Assembly (NCBI GenBank): GCA_963755125.1
Contig: CAVWIP010000002.1
Span: forward strand, 175,944-239,943
Source of the DNA: an uncultured delta proteobacterium
GTDB taxonomy: Bacteria > Myxococcota_A > Polyangia > Fen-1088
DNA: 64,000 nucleotides
Reading direction: 5' to 3'
Part shown: positions 47,642 to 57,237 of the stretch, in pieces
Layout of the letters: every line of letters starts with the position of its first letter
Position numbering within the stretch: position 1 is the stretch's first letter
The notes under the pieces: model-generated
Databases searched by the model: none
Seen by the model: only the letters and a program-made list of their open reading frames with translations
What the model was told of the DNA's origin: nothing
Program-made: the position numbers and the translations under genes

Positions 47642-48682
47642 TTGTCCCTTCGCTTTCGCATACGGGCCGGCAGCCGGCTAGCGGCGGCAGCCTCCGTCGA
47701 GCGAGTGGTGGAGATCGAGCCACACGAGAGCGATCCCGTGATTGGCCGTCGGCGGGGCAGTGACATCGAGTTGCCGTTTGCTACCGTGTCCGAGCAGCAC
47801 GCGCGTCTTGCGCGGGGTGAGCGGGGCTGGCTGCTGGTCGACCAGGGCAGTGCCAACGGTACGTTCGTCAATGGCCACCGGCTGACGCCCCTCGTGGCGC
47901 AGGCATTGTCGGTGGGCGACGTTGTGCGCCTGGCGAGCGTGGAGATGGTCTTCGAGGGTGAGGGACGGCCCGCCCAGGGCGCCGAGGGACAGGGAGGCGT
48001 GCCCGAATCGACGGCCACCCTGGCGCGCCGTCTGGTCAGTGATCGATTCGGGACGTGCCGGCCCGCCGAGGTGGCCCGTCTTGTGGTGATGGACGGTCCG
48101 GCCTGCGGCCGCGAGTTGCGCCTGGAGGTCGTGGGCAGTCGCTACCGGGTAGGACGGGGATCCAGCTGCAATCTGGTCGTTCCCGACGACGACATTTCGC
48201 GCGAGCACGCGGAGTTTGAACGTCGCTGGGACGGCGTGTTCGTGCGCGACCTCGGCTCGAAGAACGGTGTCTTGCTCATGGGCGAGCACCTGGCAGGCGA
48301 ACGACGCCTGCGTGACGGTGATGTGTTGCGTGTGGGCCAAACCAGCTTCCGGCTGGAAGATCCTGAGGACCGCTATTTGCGGCAGATGGAAGAAGCCGCC
48401 CAGGGGTCTTGCCCAACCGCGCAGGCCAGCCCGGACGCAGAGGCTGCAGCATCGAGCGCCGTGCCGGACCGAGCGGGCGAGGTGGTACTTTCGGACACTC
48501 ACACCTCGTCTGCCGTGGTGACCAGAGCCGCTTCGTCGAGGCCGGTTACAACACCCCGATCCGGGCCTGTCGCGGACGGGTGGCGATCGCCGCGGCATAC
48601 CCCGCTGGCCTTGATGGTCGTCGCGGCCGCGGTACTGGTCGGGGCGGTCGCCCTCGCCCTGTCGGTCATCCTGGGAAGCTAG
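47642..48682 (+). CDS. Double FHA-domain protein with C-terminal membrane anchor
   Basis: FHA1 VIGR...VSEQH...DQGSANGTFVNG; FHA2 VGRG...ISREH...DLGSKNG; C-terminal TM helix. Start (TTG 47642) approximate. Confidence 0.85.
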   Translation: MSLRFRIRAGSRLAAAASVERVVEIEPHESDPVIGRRRGSDIELPFATVSEQHARLARGERGWLLVDQGSANGTFVNGHRLTPLVAQALSVGDVVRLASVEMVFEGEGRPAQGAEGQGGVPESTATLARRLVSDRFGTCRPAEVARLVVMDGPACGRELRLEVVGSRYRVGRGSSCNLVVPDDDISREHAEFERRWDGVFVRDLGSKNGVLLMGEHLAGERRLRDGDVLRVGQTSFRLEDPEDRYLRQMEEAAQGSCPTAQASPDAEAAASSAVPDRAGEVVLSDTHTSSAVVTRAASSRPVTTPRSGPVADGWRSPRHTPLALMVVAAAVLVGAVALALSVILGS

Positions 48683-48695
48683 CCTGGAAACAGTA

Positions 48696-49679
48696 ATGGA
48701 TCTTCGCGCCCCTCTCACCTTTCGACCTGCGTACCAAGCCCTGGTGTGGGGCGGGCGGCGTCTACAGCAGTGGCGCCAGGACTTGCCGCCAGGGCCGATC
48801 GGCGAATCATGGGATCTGGCGGATCACGAGCGTGGCATGAGTGTGGTCGCGCAGGGCCCGCTGGCCGGCCGTACCCTGCGCCAGTTGGTCGCGGAAGACG
48901 GGCCTGCGCTGGTCGGCGCGGGTTTTCGCGGGGGCGTGTTCCCGCTCATGGTCAAGATGATCGATGCGGCCGATCACCTGAGCGTCCAGGTTCATCCCGA
49001 CGACGTCACGGCAGCGATTTTGGGTGCGGGCAACCGTGGCAAGACCGAGTGCTGGGTGATTCTTTCCGACGGCGGCGTGCTATTCCAGGGCACGCGTCCG
49101 GGGGTCAGTCGCGAGGCCTTCGAACGCGCGCTGGCGGATCGGACAGTGGCCGCCACCCTCAATCGCTTTGAAGGCAAGGCTGGGGATGTCTTCTTTATCG
49201 AGGCGCGCACTGTGCATGCCCTGGGCGAGGGTTGCTTGCTCTACGAGATTCAGCAGACCTCCGACATCACCTTCCGCGTCTACGACTGGGACCGCATGGG
49301 CCTGGACGGAAAGCCGCGTCCGCTGCACGTGGCCGAGTCACTGGCCACCATCGATTTTTCCCGCACCGGCTTCGGCCCGCTACGGCCGGCCTGGCACGCC
49401 GATCGCGCAGGCGGGATCGCGTCCCGCTCGCTGGTCACCTGTCCCTACTTTGCCGTGGAGCAACTTCGCGTTGCTGCCGGGGCGACGCTGCGCCGGCCGT
49501 CACGGGACGTCTGCGCGGTGGTCACCTGTATCGACGGGCGTGGCACGGTGGCGACGGATGGGGGCGCGCTTCCGCTCGCGTCTCTACAGACCGTTTTGCT
49601 GCCAGCCGCTTGCGCTGCCTGGCAGGTACGCAGCGACTCGGCCACGCTCGATCTCCTGGTCGCCACGCCTCGATTCTGA
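48696..49679 (+). CDS. manA: Type I mannose-6-phosphate isomerase (cupin)
   Basis: VWGG, GESW, FPLMVKMID, LSVQVHPDD, KTECW, TVHA, EIQQTSDITFRVYDW. Confidence 0.88.
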   Translation: MDLRAPLTFRPAYQALVWGGRRLQQWRQDLPPGPIGESWDLADHERGMSVVAQGPLAGRTLRQLVAEDGPALVGAGFRGGVFPLMVKMIDAADHLSVQVHPDDVTAAILGAGNRGKTECWVILSDGGVLFQGTRPGVSREAFERALADRTVAATLNRFEGKAGDVFFIEARTVHALGEGCLLYEIQQTSDITFRVYDWDRMGLDGKPRPLHVAESLATIDFSRTGFGPLRPAWHADRAGGIASRSLVTCPYFAVEQLRVAAGATLRRPSRDVCAVVTCIDGRGTVATDGGALPLASLQTVLLPAACAAWQVRSDSATLDLLVATPRF

Positions 49680-49822
49680 CCAGGATCTGCGTGACGGAAG
49701 CGTGTCAGGGGGTGCATCACCCATCCCTGTGTCGATGCGTGCAAGCCAGGGGCGATCGGAGCTGAGCCCGCTATCGCCATGAAGATGGAGATTACGGCAG
49801 CGATGCCCCGGAACCTTGAGGA

Positions 49823-49838
49823 TGGCCCTGGATTTGCA
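49823..49838 (+). promoter_or_regulatory. sigma54 -24/-12 promoter of the ABC1 kinase gene
   Basis: TGGCCCTGGATTTGCA (GG-N10-GC), 58 bp before ATG 49896. Confidence 0.65.
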
Positions 49839-49895
49839 TTGGGAGTAGGCTGCGCACCGCCAGAACTCCAGAATGTTCTGGTTCGCAGCTCCGTC

Positions 49896-51542
49896 ATGAA
49901 CCTGCTTCATTCACCGCCGCAACATCTCCGTAGCGTCCGTCGCATCGGCGAAGTCGTCGGCGTCCTGGCGAAGCATCGGCTGGCAGAGTGGCTGCGTCAG
50001 ACCGAATTCGACAGGCAGAAGAATCATCCCGCCGGCAAGGAAGGCGAGTTGCCGGCCAAGCAATCGCATGCCACGCGCATCCGTCTCGCGGTGACCGAGT
50101 TAGGTACCACCTACATCAAGTTCGGCCAGATGCTCAGCACCCGGCCCGATCTCGTCGGGCAGGAAGTCGCGGATGAACTGGCCAAGTTGCAGGACGGCGT
50201 GCCGCCCGACGATCCGGAAGTAGCTCTCGCCACGATCACCACCGAACTGGGCCGGCCGGCGAATGAGATCTTCGCTGAGTTCAATTCTACGCCCGTCGGT
50301 TCCGCCTCGATTGGACAGGTCCACAGCGCGCGTCTGCCCGATGGCCGCGAGGTGGTGGTGAAGGTGCAGCATCCGAGCATCGAGTCGCGCATCCGGGGCG
50401 ACCTCGAGATTCTAGAAAAGCTCGCGGGGCTGGCCGAGAAGTCGGCGGAACTGAAACGCTACCAACCCGTGGCTGTGGTGCAGGAGTTTCACCGCTCACT
50501 CTTGCGCGAACTGGATTTCAGCCGCGAGGAACGGAATCTCCAGCAGTTCGCCGCCAATTTCGCCGCCGATCCGACGGTGCATTTCCCGCAAGTCATTTCC
50601 GAGTTGTGCACCAGCCGCGTGCTCACCATGGAATTGATCGCTGGAGCAAGCCCGCACGATGCCGAGCGCCTCGACCAGATCGGTATTGCTCGCGAAGAAG
50701 TCGCCCGCCGCGCCGTTACCATCTGGATGGATATGGTTTTCCGCGACGGATTCTTTCACGCCGATCCTCATCCCGGCAACCTCATCGTGCTTCCTGGTGG
50801 CGTCATCGGGATCCTCGATTGCGGGATGGTGGGCCGCATCGACGAATCGTTGCGCGAGACCATCGAGGACCTTCTGGTCGCCATCGCCAACCACGACGGC
50901 GCGCACCTCGCACACCTGATCATGGATCTTTGTTCCGCGCCGCCCGACTTCGACGAAGCGGCCTTCAGCTCCGATGTGGCCGACTACGTGGCCTTCTATT
51001 ACGGCAGCCAGCCCATCGACCGTTTTCAACTTGGCGGCGCTCTCAACGAGATGGTCCGAATCATCTCGCGTTATCAATTGATCCTGCCGAGCAGCGTTTC
51101 GAGCCTGGTCAAAGTGTTTGCGATGCTCGAAGGCACGGCGCGCTTACTCGGTCCCACTGTGAACATACTCAATCTGATCAAGTCGTATCAGCCCAAGATT
51201 CTCCGGCGCCGCCTGTCGCCGCGCGTGCAATGGCAGAAATGGCGGCGCGTACTAGGCGAATGGCGCCACCTTGGCGAAGTGCTCCCGCGTGGCCTCGACG
51301 AGGTTTTCAAGAGGATCCAGAGCGGCACGTTCGACATCCATCTGGAGCATCGCCGGCTCGAACCCTCCGTCAATCGCTTGGTCATGGGCCTGATCACCAG
51401 CGCCCTTTTCCTCGGCTCGGCGGTGCTTTGGGGCAACAGGGTGCCGCCGGTGGTGGGTGGGTATCCAGTGGTCGGCGTGCTCGGCTGCGCGCTCAGTGTG
51501 GCTCTCGGCTTGCGTCTGCTGACCAAGATCTGGCGCGAATAG
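49896..51542 (+). CDS. AarF/ABC1/UbiB-family atypical kinase
   Basis: ELGTTYIKFGQMLSTRPD, SASIGQVH, VVKVQHP, RELDF, FFHADPHPGN, DCGMVG; two C-terminal TM helices. Confidence 0.92.
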   Translation: MNLLHSPPQHLRSVRRIGEVVGVLAKHRLAEWLRQTEFDRQKNHPAGKEGELPAKQSHATRIRLAVTELGTTYIKFGQMLSTRPDLVGQEVADELAKLQDGVPPDDPEVALATITTELGRPANEIFAEFNSTPVGSASIGQVHSARLPDGREVVVKVQHPSIESRIRGDLEILEKLAGLAEKSAELKRYQPVAVVQEFHRSLLRELDFSREERNLQQFAANFAADPTVHFPQVISELCTSRVLTMELIAGASPHDAERLDQIGIAREEVARRAVTIWMDMVFRDGFFHADPHPGNLIVLPGGVIGILDCGMVGRIDESLRETIEDLLVAIANHDGAHLAHLIMDLCSAPPDFDEAAFSSDVADYVAFYYGSQPIDRFQLGGALNEMVRIISRYQLILPSSVSSLVKVFAMLEGTARLLGPTVNILNLIKSYQPKILRRRLSPRVQWQKWRRVLGEWRHLGEVLPRGLDEVFKRIQSGTFDIHLEHRRLEPSVNRLVMGLITSALFLGSAVLWGNRVPPVVGGYPVVGVLGCALSVALGLRLLTKIWRE

Positions 51543-51687
51543 GAATGTCATGATGTCACTTCATTTGTGCCGGGTGGCCAGAGACGAAAAGATTCGCCCC
51601 CGGCTCAGTTGCGGTTCTGGCGGCGCTCAACCGGGCAATCGTCGTGAACCAAGTGGACAGCCGAGCTACCGATAGGAGTGCACTGCG

Positions 51688-52365
51688 ATGACATCCGATG
51701 AATCACTTGAGAGCCTTAAACGATTCATGGAGGCGCGGCTTTATGAGTGGCGTCAGTCCGAAAGAAAGCGACTGTCCCAACCCGGACCTGTCATCACAAT
51801 TAGTCGTGAACCGGGTTGCCGAGGAGAGTCCATCGCCCAGAAGGTGGCGGCCGCGCTTGACTTCCACCTGTACACCTGGGAGATCGTCGAGCAGATAGCC
51901 AAGGACGAGCACGTAAGCGTCCAGGTGGTCGCTACGCTCGATGAGAAGACCCGCTCAGAACTTGAGAATTGGCTGGCCGAATTCGGGGGGACTCACAACC
52001 TGTCCACAGACGCTTACCTGGAGGATCTGAAAAAGGTCATCTTTGCGATTGCCTCGCACGGCAGGGCCATCATCTTGGGCAGAGGCGCCAACTTCCTGCT
52101 TCCCCCGGAGAAACGCATCGGTCTCTACTTCGTGGCCCCACTTGCTCTGAGGATACGAAACGTCATGGAGGATCGTGGGTTGTCCGAGAAGCGTGCACGG
52201 GAGCACATCGCCAAAGTGGAGAAGGAACATCGCCAACTGGTAAAGAAGAACTTCCAGGCGGATATTCGAGATTCTGCTCACTATCACCTCGTCATCAATA
52301 CGGCCCTGGTCAAACCGGAAACCATTGCCGGAATCGTCAAAGAAGTCATCGGCCGCAAATCGTAG
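51688..52365 (+). CDS. Cytidylate kinase-like family protein
   Basis: ITISREPGCRG, ILGRGANF, YHLVINT; RBS AGGAG. Confidence 0.85.
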   Translation: MTSDESLESLKRFMEARLYEWRQSERKRLSQPGPVITISREPGCRGESIAQKVAAALDFHLYTWEIVEQIAKDEHVSVQVVATLDEKTRSELENWLAEFGGTHNLSTDAYLEDLKKVIFAIASHGRAIILGRGANFLLPPEKRIGLYFVAPLALRIRNVMEDRGLSEKRAREHIAKVEKEHRQLVKKNFQADIRDSAHYHLVINTALVKPETIAGIVKEVIGRKS

Positions 52366-52431
52366 GTCGCGCCCATCATGACCGAGGGGCGGCTTCCCTG
52401 TTGACGCCGCTTGAGGGTGTGTGACACTCAA

Positions 52432-54180
52432 ATGATGATGGTGTCGCAGAGTTCGGTTCTTCGCGGCATGTCCATCTCTTCGGGCATCGCGCACGGCGCA
52501 GCATACGTTCTCTCGTCGGTCGATGAGATGCTCGTTCCGCGGCGCAGTGTTGAAGCTTCTGAGGTGGACGCCGAGATAGAGCGCTTCAACGTAGCGATTG
52601 CGGCGGCGGAAAAGGCGCTGCTCGCGCTGAGGGAGGACGTCGCTCAGCGCATCGGCGCGAGCGAAGGCGACATCTTCGCGGCTCAGGCGCTGGCCGTGCG
52701 GGATCGCCGCCTATACGAGCAGGTCGTGACCGCAGTCCGGCAGGGCCGAACCAACGTCGAGGCCGCCGTGGTCGAGGTGATCGAGAAGTTCGTCCGCACG
52801 GTCGAGCAGGTGTCCGACCCTTACCTGCGCGAGCGCGCGGCCGACATTCGGGACATCGGTTGACGCATTCTCGCGGCACTGGCCAAGGACGACGGACTCA
52901 GCGTGATCGAGATCCCGGAAGGGTCCATCCTTGTGGCCAAGGAGTTGCTGCCGTCGGCGACCGCGCGCTTCGAGCTGAGTCGGGTGAGAGGACTCGTGAC
53001 GGATCGGGGTGGCAAATTCTCGCACACGTCGATCCTCGCTCGATCGTCGGGAATGCCGGCGGTGTCCGGCATCCAGGAGGCTCCGTTCAAGATCGAAACC
53101 GGCGACCAGTTGATTGTCGACGGCGTATCCGGCGTGGTCTACGTCAACTCGGACGAGTCGGTGCGCGGCGAGTATGAGCGGCTGGAAGCGGAGCTCTCCG
53201 GCTACCGCGCGGGACTACAGAAGAGCCTCGATTTGCCTTCGGTAACGCTCGACGGCACCGCGGTGCCGCTGCTCGCGAACGCCAGCAAGGTTTCAGACAC
53301 CGAGGCGGCATACCTCTATCGAGCTGACGGAATCGGCCTCTATCGCACTGAGTTCGCATTTTCGATCCGCAGCACGTTTCCCACCGAGGAGGAGCAGTAT
53401 CAGCTCTGGAAGCGGGCCGCCCAGCGCATCCATCCGCGCAAGATCGTGCTGCGCCTGCTCGACGTGGGCGGCGACAAGCAACTCCCGCATTTCCCTGCGC
53501 CACAGGCGCGCAACCCGTCGCTCGCTCAGCGCGGGATTCGCCTCTTGCTCAAGAATCCCGGCGTGCTGAAAGGCCAGCTGCGGGCGCTTCTGCGGGTTAG
53601 CGCGGAGCACCTGGTGTCTGCGCTGATACCAGTCGTGGGCGGGATCGAAGAGGTGCGGGCAACACGCGCCATACTAAGCCAGGCGATGGTAGAACTCAGC
53701 GCCGAGGGCAAGGCATTCAATCCGAGAATTCCGCTGGGGGCCATGATAGAGGTCCCGTCGGCAGCGGTGTTGACCGCGGTGCTGGCCAAGGAGGTCGACT
53801 TCTTCAGTCTGGGCACAAACGATCTTGTGCAGTATGTACTCGCTGCGGATCGCGAGGACGCCAGCGTTGGCGACTACTACCAGCCACTTCACCCGGCCGT
53901 GCTGTGGGTCATCCGGTTCGTGGCCGATGCCGCGCGCACGGCCGGCCGGCCGCTCTCTATTTGCGGCGAGATGGCCGGCGATCCCGCTTACACCGAGCTG
54001 CTCTTGGGGCTTGGGCTGCGCGAATTCAGCGTGGTGCCTGGAGAAATACTCGAGGTCAAGAACGCGATTCGCGCGGCAACGTTGGCCGACGCCGAAACAC
54101 TGGCGACGGCTGCGCTGGCGCTCGGCTCGACGGCCGAAGTCGCAGAATTGCTCGAACGGCGGCGGTTGGTGCGGCGTTAG
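52432..54180 (+). pseudogene. ptsP: PTS Enzyme I (PEP-protein phosphotransferase) interrupted by an in-frame TGA at 52861-52863
   Basis: ORFs 52411-52863 and 52903-54180 share a frame: YLRERAADIRDIG*RILAAL, GGKFSH (phospho-His), GIGLYRTEF, MIEVP, SLGTNDL, ICGEMAGDP. Confidence 0.85.
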
Positions 54181-54218
54181 TGCAAGTTTGGAAGGATCGT
54201 GGCTGTATGGGGCGTTGA

Positions 54219-54248
54219 CAGAAGAATGGTGTTCTGGTGTAGGAGAAT
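54219..54248 (+). repeat. 30-bp inverted repeat, left copy
   Basis: CAGAAGAATGGTGTTCTGGTGTAGGAGAAT; reverse complement at 57934-57963 (29/30 identical). Confidence 0.85.
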
Positions 54249-54321
54249 GTTAGTTGCGCTGGCCTGGCATTTTCCTATTGACCCGCATGGTCTGGGCAGG
54301 GAGTCTTCCCCGCAGCCCGGC

Positions 54322-55794
54322 ATGTCACGGACGCACGTGGAAGGAGAACCATCGGCTTCAGAGCTGGCGCACAGCCTGAAGCGCGACGCAGTCAACCGCG
54401 AGGACGTCAACTATCGCCTGGTGGTCGACTCGACACCGGCGCTGGTGTTCAGCGCGCGTTCCGACGGCTATGTCGACTATTTCAACCAGCGCTGGTTCGA
54501 CTACTTGGGCGTTCCGCTGGCAGCGCTGGAAGGGTGGGGCTGGATGAGCTTCATCCACCCTGATGATCGCGAGGAGCACCTCCGGCGCTGGCGCACCTCG
54601 CTGGGCGACGGCCAGCCGGCCGTGGCCCAGTCCCGCGTGGCCGACGCGAAAGGCGAATACCGATGGATGCTGCACCGGACGGAGCCGTTGCGCGACGAGG
54701 TCGGCAACGTCATGCGGTGGTTTGGAACCAGCATCGACATCGAGGAACTGAAGCGCGCCCAGCGCGAGCTCGATGAGCTCAAGGAACGGCTCTACAAGGA
54801 GAACATCGCCCTTCGCGAGGAGCTGACCCAGACGTCGATGTTCGAGGAAATCGTCGGGACGTCGGCCCCGCTCCGCCGCGTCCTCGCGCTGGTGGAGAAG
54901 GTGGCAAGCGCGGATTCGACGGTGCTCGTCACCGGTGAGACCGGGACCGGGAAAGAGCTGATCGCCCGCGCCATCCACAAGCGATCGCCTCGTGCTACCC
55001 GGCCATTCGTTTCCGTGAACTGCGGCGCCATCGCACCATCCCTCGTCGCCTCCGAGCTGTTCGGCCACGAAAAGGGAGCTTTCACGGGCGCGACGCAGCG
55101 CCGCCTCGGTCGCTTCGAGTTGGCGGACGGGGGAACCATCTTCCTCGACGAGGCGGGCGAGCTGCCTGCGGAGACGCAGATCGCCTTGTTGCGGGTGCTG
55201 CAAGAGCGGACGTTCGAGCGGATCGGCGGCACGAAGCCCATCCCCGTCGATGTGCGCGTCATCGCTGCCACGAACCGCGACCTCGACAAGGCTATCGCGG
55301 ACGGTTCGTTCAGGAGGGATCTCTACTACCGGCTCAGTGTCTTTCCGATTGAGATGCCGCCACTGCGCGACCGGGCCGAAGACATCCCCCTGCTGGTGGA
55401 ATATCTGACCCGTCGGTACACGACGAAAGCCGGGAAGAGAATCGCGAACGTGAGTCGCAAGACGATCGACCTGCTCATGGCCTACGACTGGCCCGGCAAC
55501 ATTCGCGAGCTGCAGAACGTGATCCAGCGGGCTGTCATCCTCTGCGACGAGACCTTGGTGGTCGATGAGTCGTGGCTGGATCATAGACCGGCGCAGTCGA
55601 CCGGCGCCCTGCACATCCTCGGTCGGCCCAGCACCAGCGAGGAGAAGAAGCTGATCGAAAGCGCGCTGGCGGAGTCGTGCGGTCGCGTCGCGGGGCCGGA
55701 CGGCGCGGCCGTGAAGCTCGGCATCCCGCGCTCCACGCTCGAGTCGAAGATTCGGTCGCTCCACATCGACAAGAATCGTTTTCGGACCAGATAG
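54322..55794 (+). CDS. PAS-domain sigma54 enhancer-binding protein (FhlA/HyfR-like)
   Basis: PAS (YFNQRW...IHPDD...GEYRW...WFGTSIDI), GETGTGKE, GAFTGA, WPGNIREL, HTH AAVKLGIPRSTLESKI. Confidence 0.92.
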   Translation: MSRTHVEGEPSASELAHSLKRDAVNREDVNYRLVVDSTPALVFSARSDGYVDYFNQRWFDYLGVPLAALEGWGWMSFIHPDDREEHLRRWRTSLGDGQPAVAQSRVADAKGEYRWMLHRTEPLRDEVGNVMRWFGTSIDIEELKRAQRELDELKERLYKENIALREELTQTSMFEEIVGTSAPLRRVLALVEKVASADSTVLVTGETGTGKELIARAIHKRSPRATRPFVSVNCGAIAPSLVASELFGHEKGAFTGATQRRLGRFELADGGTIFLDEAGELPAETQIALLRVLQERTFERIGGTKPIPVDVRVIAATNRDLDKAIADGSFRRDLYYRLSVFPIEMPPLRDRAEDIPLLVEYLTRRYTTKAGKRIANVSRKTIDLLMAYDWPGNIRELQNVIQRAVILCDETLVVDESWLDHRPAQSTGALHILGRPSTSEEKKLIESALAESCGRVAGPDGAAVKLGIPRSTLESKIRSLHIDKNRFRTR

Positions 55795-55937
55795 CTGCGG
55801 CGTTCGACACTAGCCCGGAAACCCTGGAAGGGTTTCCAAACCTCGGCCCCACCCCCCCCGAACCACCCTGCTCGCTTCGCTCGGCCTCGCCGCGATGGTC
55901 CGCGCCGAGCAAAGCTCGGCGGCTCCCCACGCGGCGC

Positions 55938-55969
55938 TGTCGAAGCTCGCCATTTGTCGAGAGTCGCCA
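55938..55969. promoter_or_regulatory. Tandem candidate enhancer sites
   Basis: TGTCGAAGCTCGCCA (55938-55952) and TGTCGAGAGTCGCCA (55955-55969), 17-bp period, upstream of the 56014 promoter. Confidence 0.55.
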
Positions 55970-56013
55970 GCCCGGTGCAGCCCGCAGGGCCTGCAAAATC
56001 GCTCACTTGCTGT

Positions 56014-56029
56014 TGGCATTGTTCTTGCC
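56014..56029 (+). promoter_or_regulatory. sigma54 -24/-12 promoter of the DUF1269 gene
   Basis: TGGCATTGTTCTTGCC (GG-N10-GC). Confidence 0.75.
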
Positions 56030-56084
56030 ACTACAGCACCTCGTAGTCCTGGAAAGTTCAACCAAGCAACAAGGAGGTCCGACG

Positions 56085-56807
56085 ATGGAACGAATGCTAG
56101 TGGTCGTCTTCGACGACGAAGTGAAAGCCTACGAAGGAAAGTCTGCTCTGCGCCAGCTCGAGATCGAGGGCAGCATCACAATCAACCGGGCCGCGGTGGT
56201 CGCCAAGCAGGCCGACGGCACGACCGGTGTGAAGCAGTACGATGACGTGAACCCGAGCGGCACTTTCGTTGGGACGTCCGTCGGTGCTCTGATCGGGTTG
56301 CTGGGCGGACCCGTGGGGGTGGCTGTCGGTGCCGTCTCCGGGCTCACGCTGGGGGCGCTCTCGGACGTCGGCGACGCCAGCGTCGGTGAGGACTACGTCG
56401 AGGAAGTCTCGATGTCGCTGACCCCCGGCAAGGTCGCGGTGGTGGCCGAGATCGAGGAGGACTGGACGACCCCGGTCGACACCCGCATGGCGTCCCTCGG
56501 TGGAACCGTCATTCGCCGCGCGCTCTGGGAGATGCGGGACCAGTTGCGCAAAGATGAGATCGACGCGGTGAAAGCGGACCTCGCGCAGCTCAAGCAGGAG
56601 TTCGCGAGTGCCAACGCCGAACGCCGCGCGAAGCTGCAGAGCCGGATCGATCAACTTCAGGCGCGGATCGATCAACAGAAGAAGCGAGCGCAAGAGTCGC
56701 TGCAAGCGTTTCAGGCGCGCGGAGCGACGAAGCGAGATCTCCTCAAGAAGAACGCATCCGCCGTGGGGCAGGCCCTCAAGGAACTCGCGAAGACCCCGCT
56801 GACGTAA
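56085..56807 (+). CDS. DUF1269-family membrane protein with C-terminal coiled coil
   Basis: RBS AAGGAGG; MLVVVFDDE, glycine zipper GALIGLLGGPVGVAVGA, LTPGKVAVVAEIEEDWTTPVDTRM. Confidence 0.85.
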   Translation: MERMLVVVFDDEVKAYEGKSALRQLEIEGSITINRAAVVAKQADGTTGVKQYDDVNPSGTFVGTSVGALIGLLGGPVGVAVGAVSGLTLGALSDVGDASVGEDYVEEVSMSLTPGKVAVVAEIEEDWTTPVDTRMASLGGTVIRRALWEMRDQLRKDEIDAVKADLAQLKQEFASANAERRAKLQSRIDQLQARIDQQKKRAQESLQAFQARGATKRDLLKKNASAVGQALKELAKTPLT

Positions 56808-56814
56808 ACGACCC

Positions 56815-56851
56815 GGCGCGCGGAACCCTCGTACGCCGAGGTCCGCGCGCC
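56815..56851 (+). terminator. GC-rich hairpin after the DUF1269 gene
   Basis: GGCGCGCGGA...TCCGCGCGCC stem with inner CCTCG/CGAGG pairing; no U-tract. Confidence 0.45.
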
Positions 56852-56895
56852 ATGGACCGTCGAGAACCCAGGTTTGTTTCAGCGTTGCAACGTAA

Positions 56896-57237
56896 GGCCT
56901 CTAGCTTGCCGATGCGGTAGGTCGGATCTGTTGGCTCCACATCGTTCTCCGCCAAGACGCCAGACTGTGTCGCAGCTTCGGGCGGGGACTTCGGTGTGGC
57001 CTTCCGAACAGAGATCGGGCCGTCGATCCATTCATATTCGAAGTCAGGGAATGTCTCCAGGCCGAGGTGCTCCAGTGCCTCCTTGACCCTCGCCGAAATC
57101 CAGACGCCGCGCCGCTGGGCTCCGAACCAACCGATGAGACTGCGAGGAGTAATGGTGGGCGCGGTGCCCGTCCTGACCACTTCGGCTAGCTCGACTAACC
57201 CCAGGGATCGCCTGAGTTGTTCATTGATAGCCGGCAT
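56896..57237 (-). pseudogene. N-terminal fragment of a probable CBS-domain protein
   Basis: ITPRSLIGWFGAQRRG...LGLETFPDFEYEWIDGPI...DPTYRIGKLEA resembles, from memory, the N-terminus of a CBS-domain protein family; the sequence then becomes unrelated. Confidence 0.5.

Noticed and set aside
51633..51648. Possible sigma54 motif before the cytidylate-kinase-like gene
   Set aside because: GG-N10-GA with poor flanks; too weak to call.
52861..52863. Selenocysteine codon in ptsP
   Set aside because: The position corresponds to Arg in a non-redox helix; a CGA to TGA transition is simpler.
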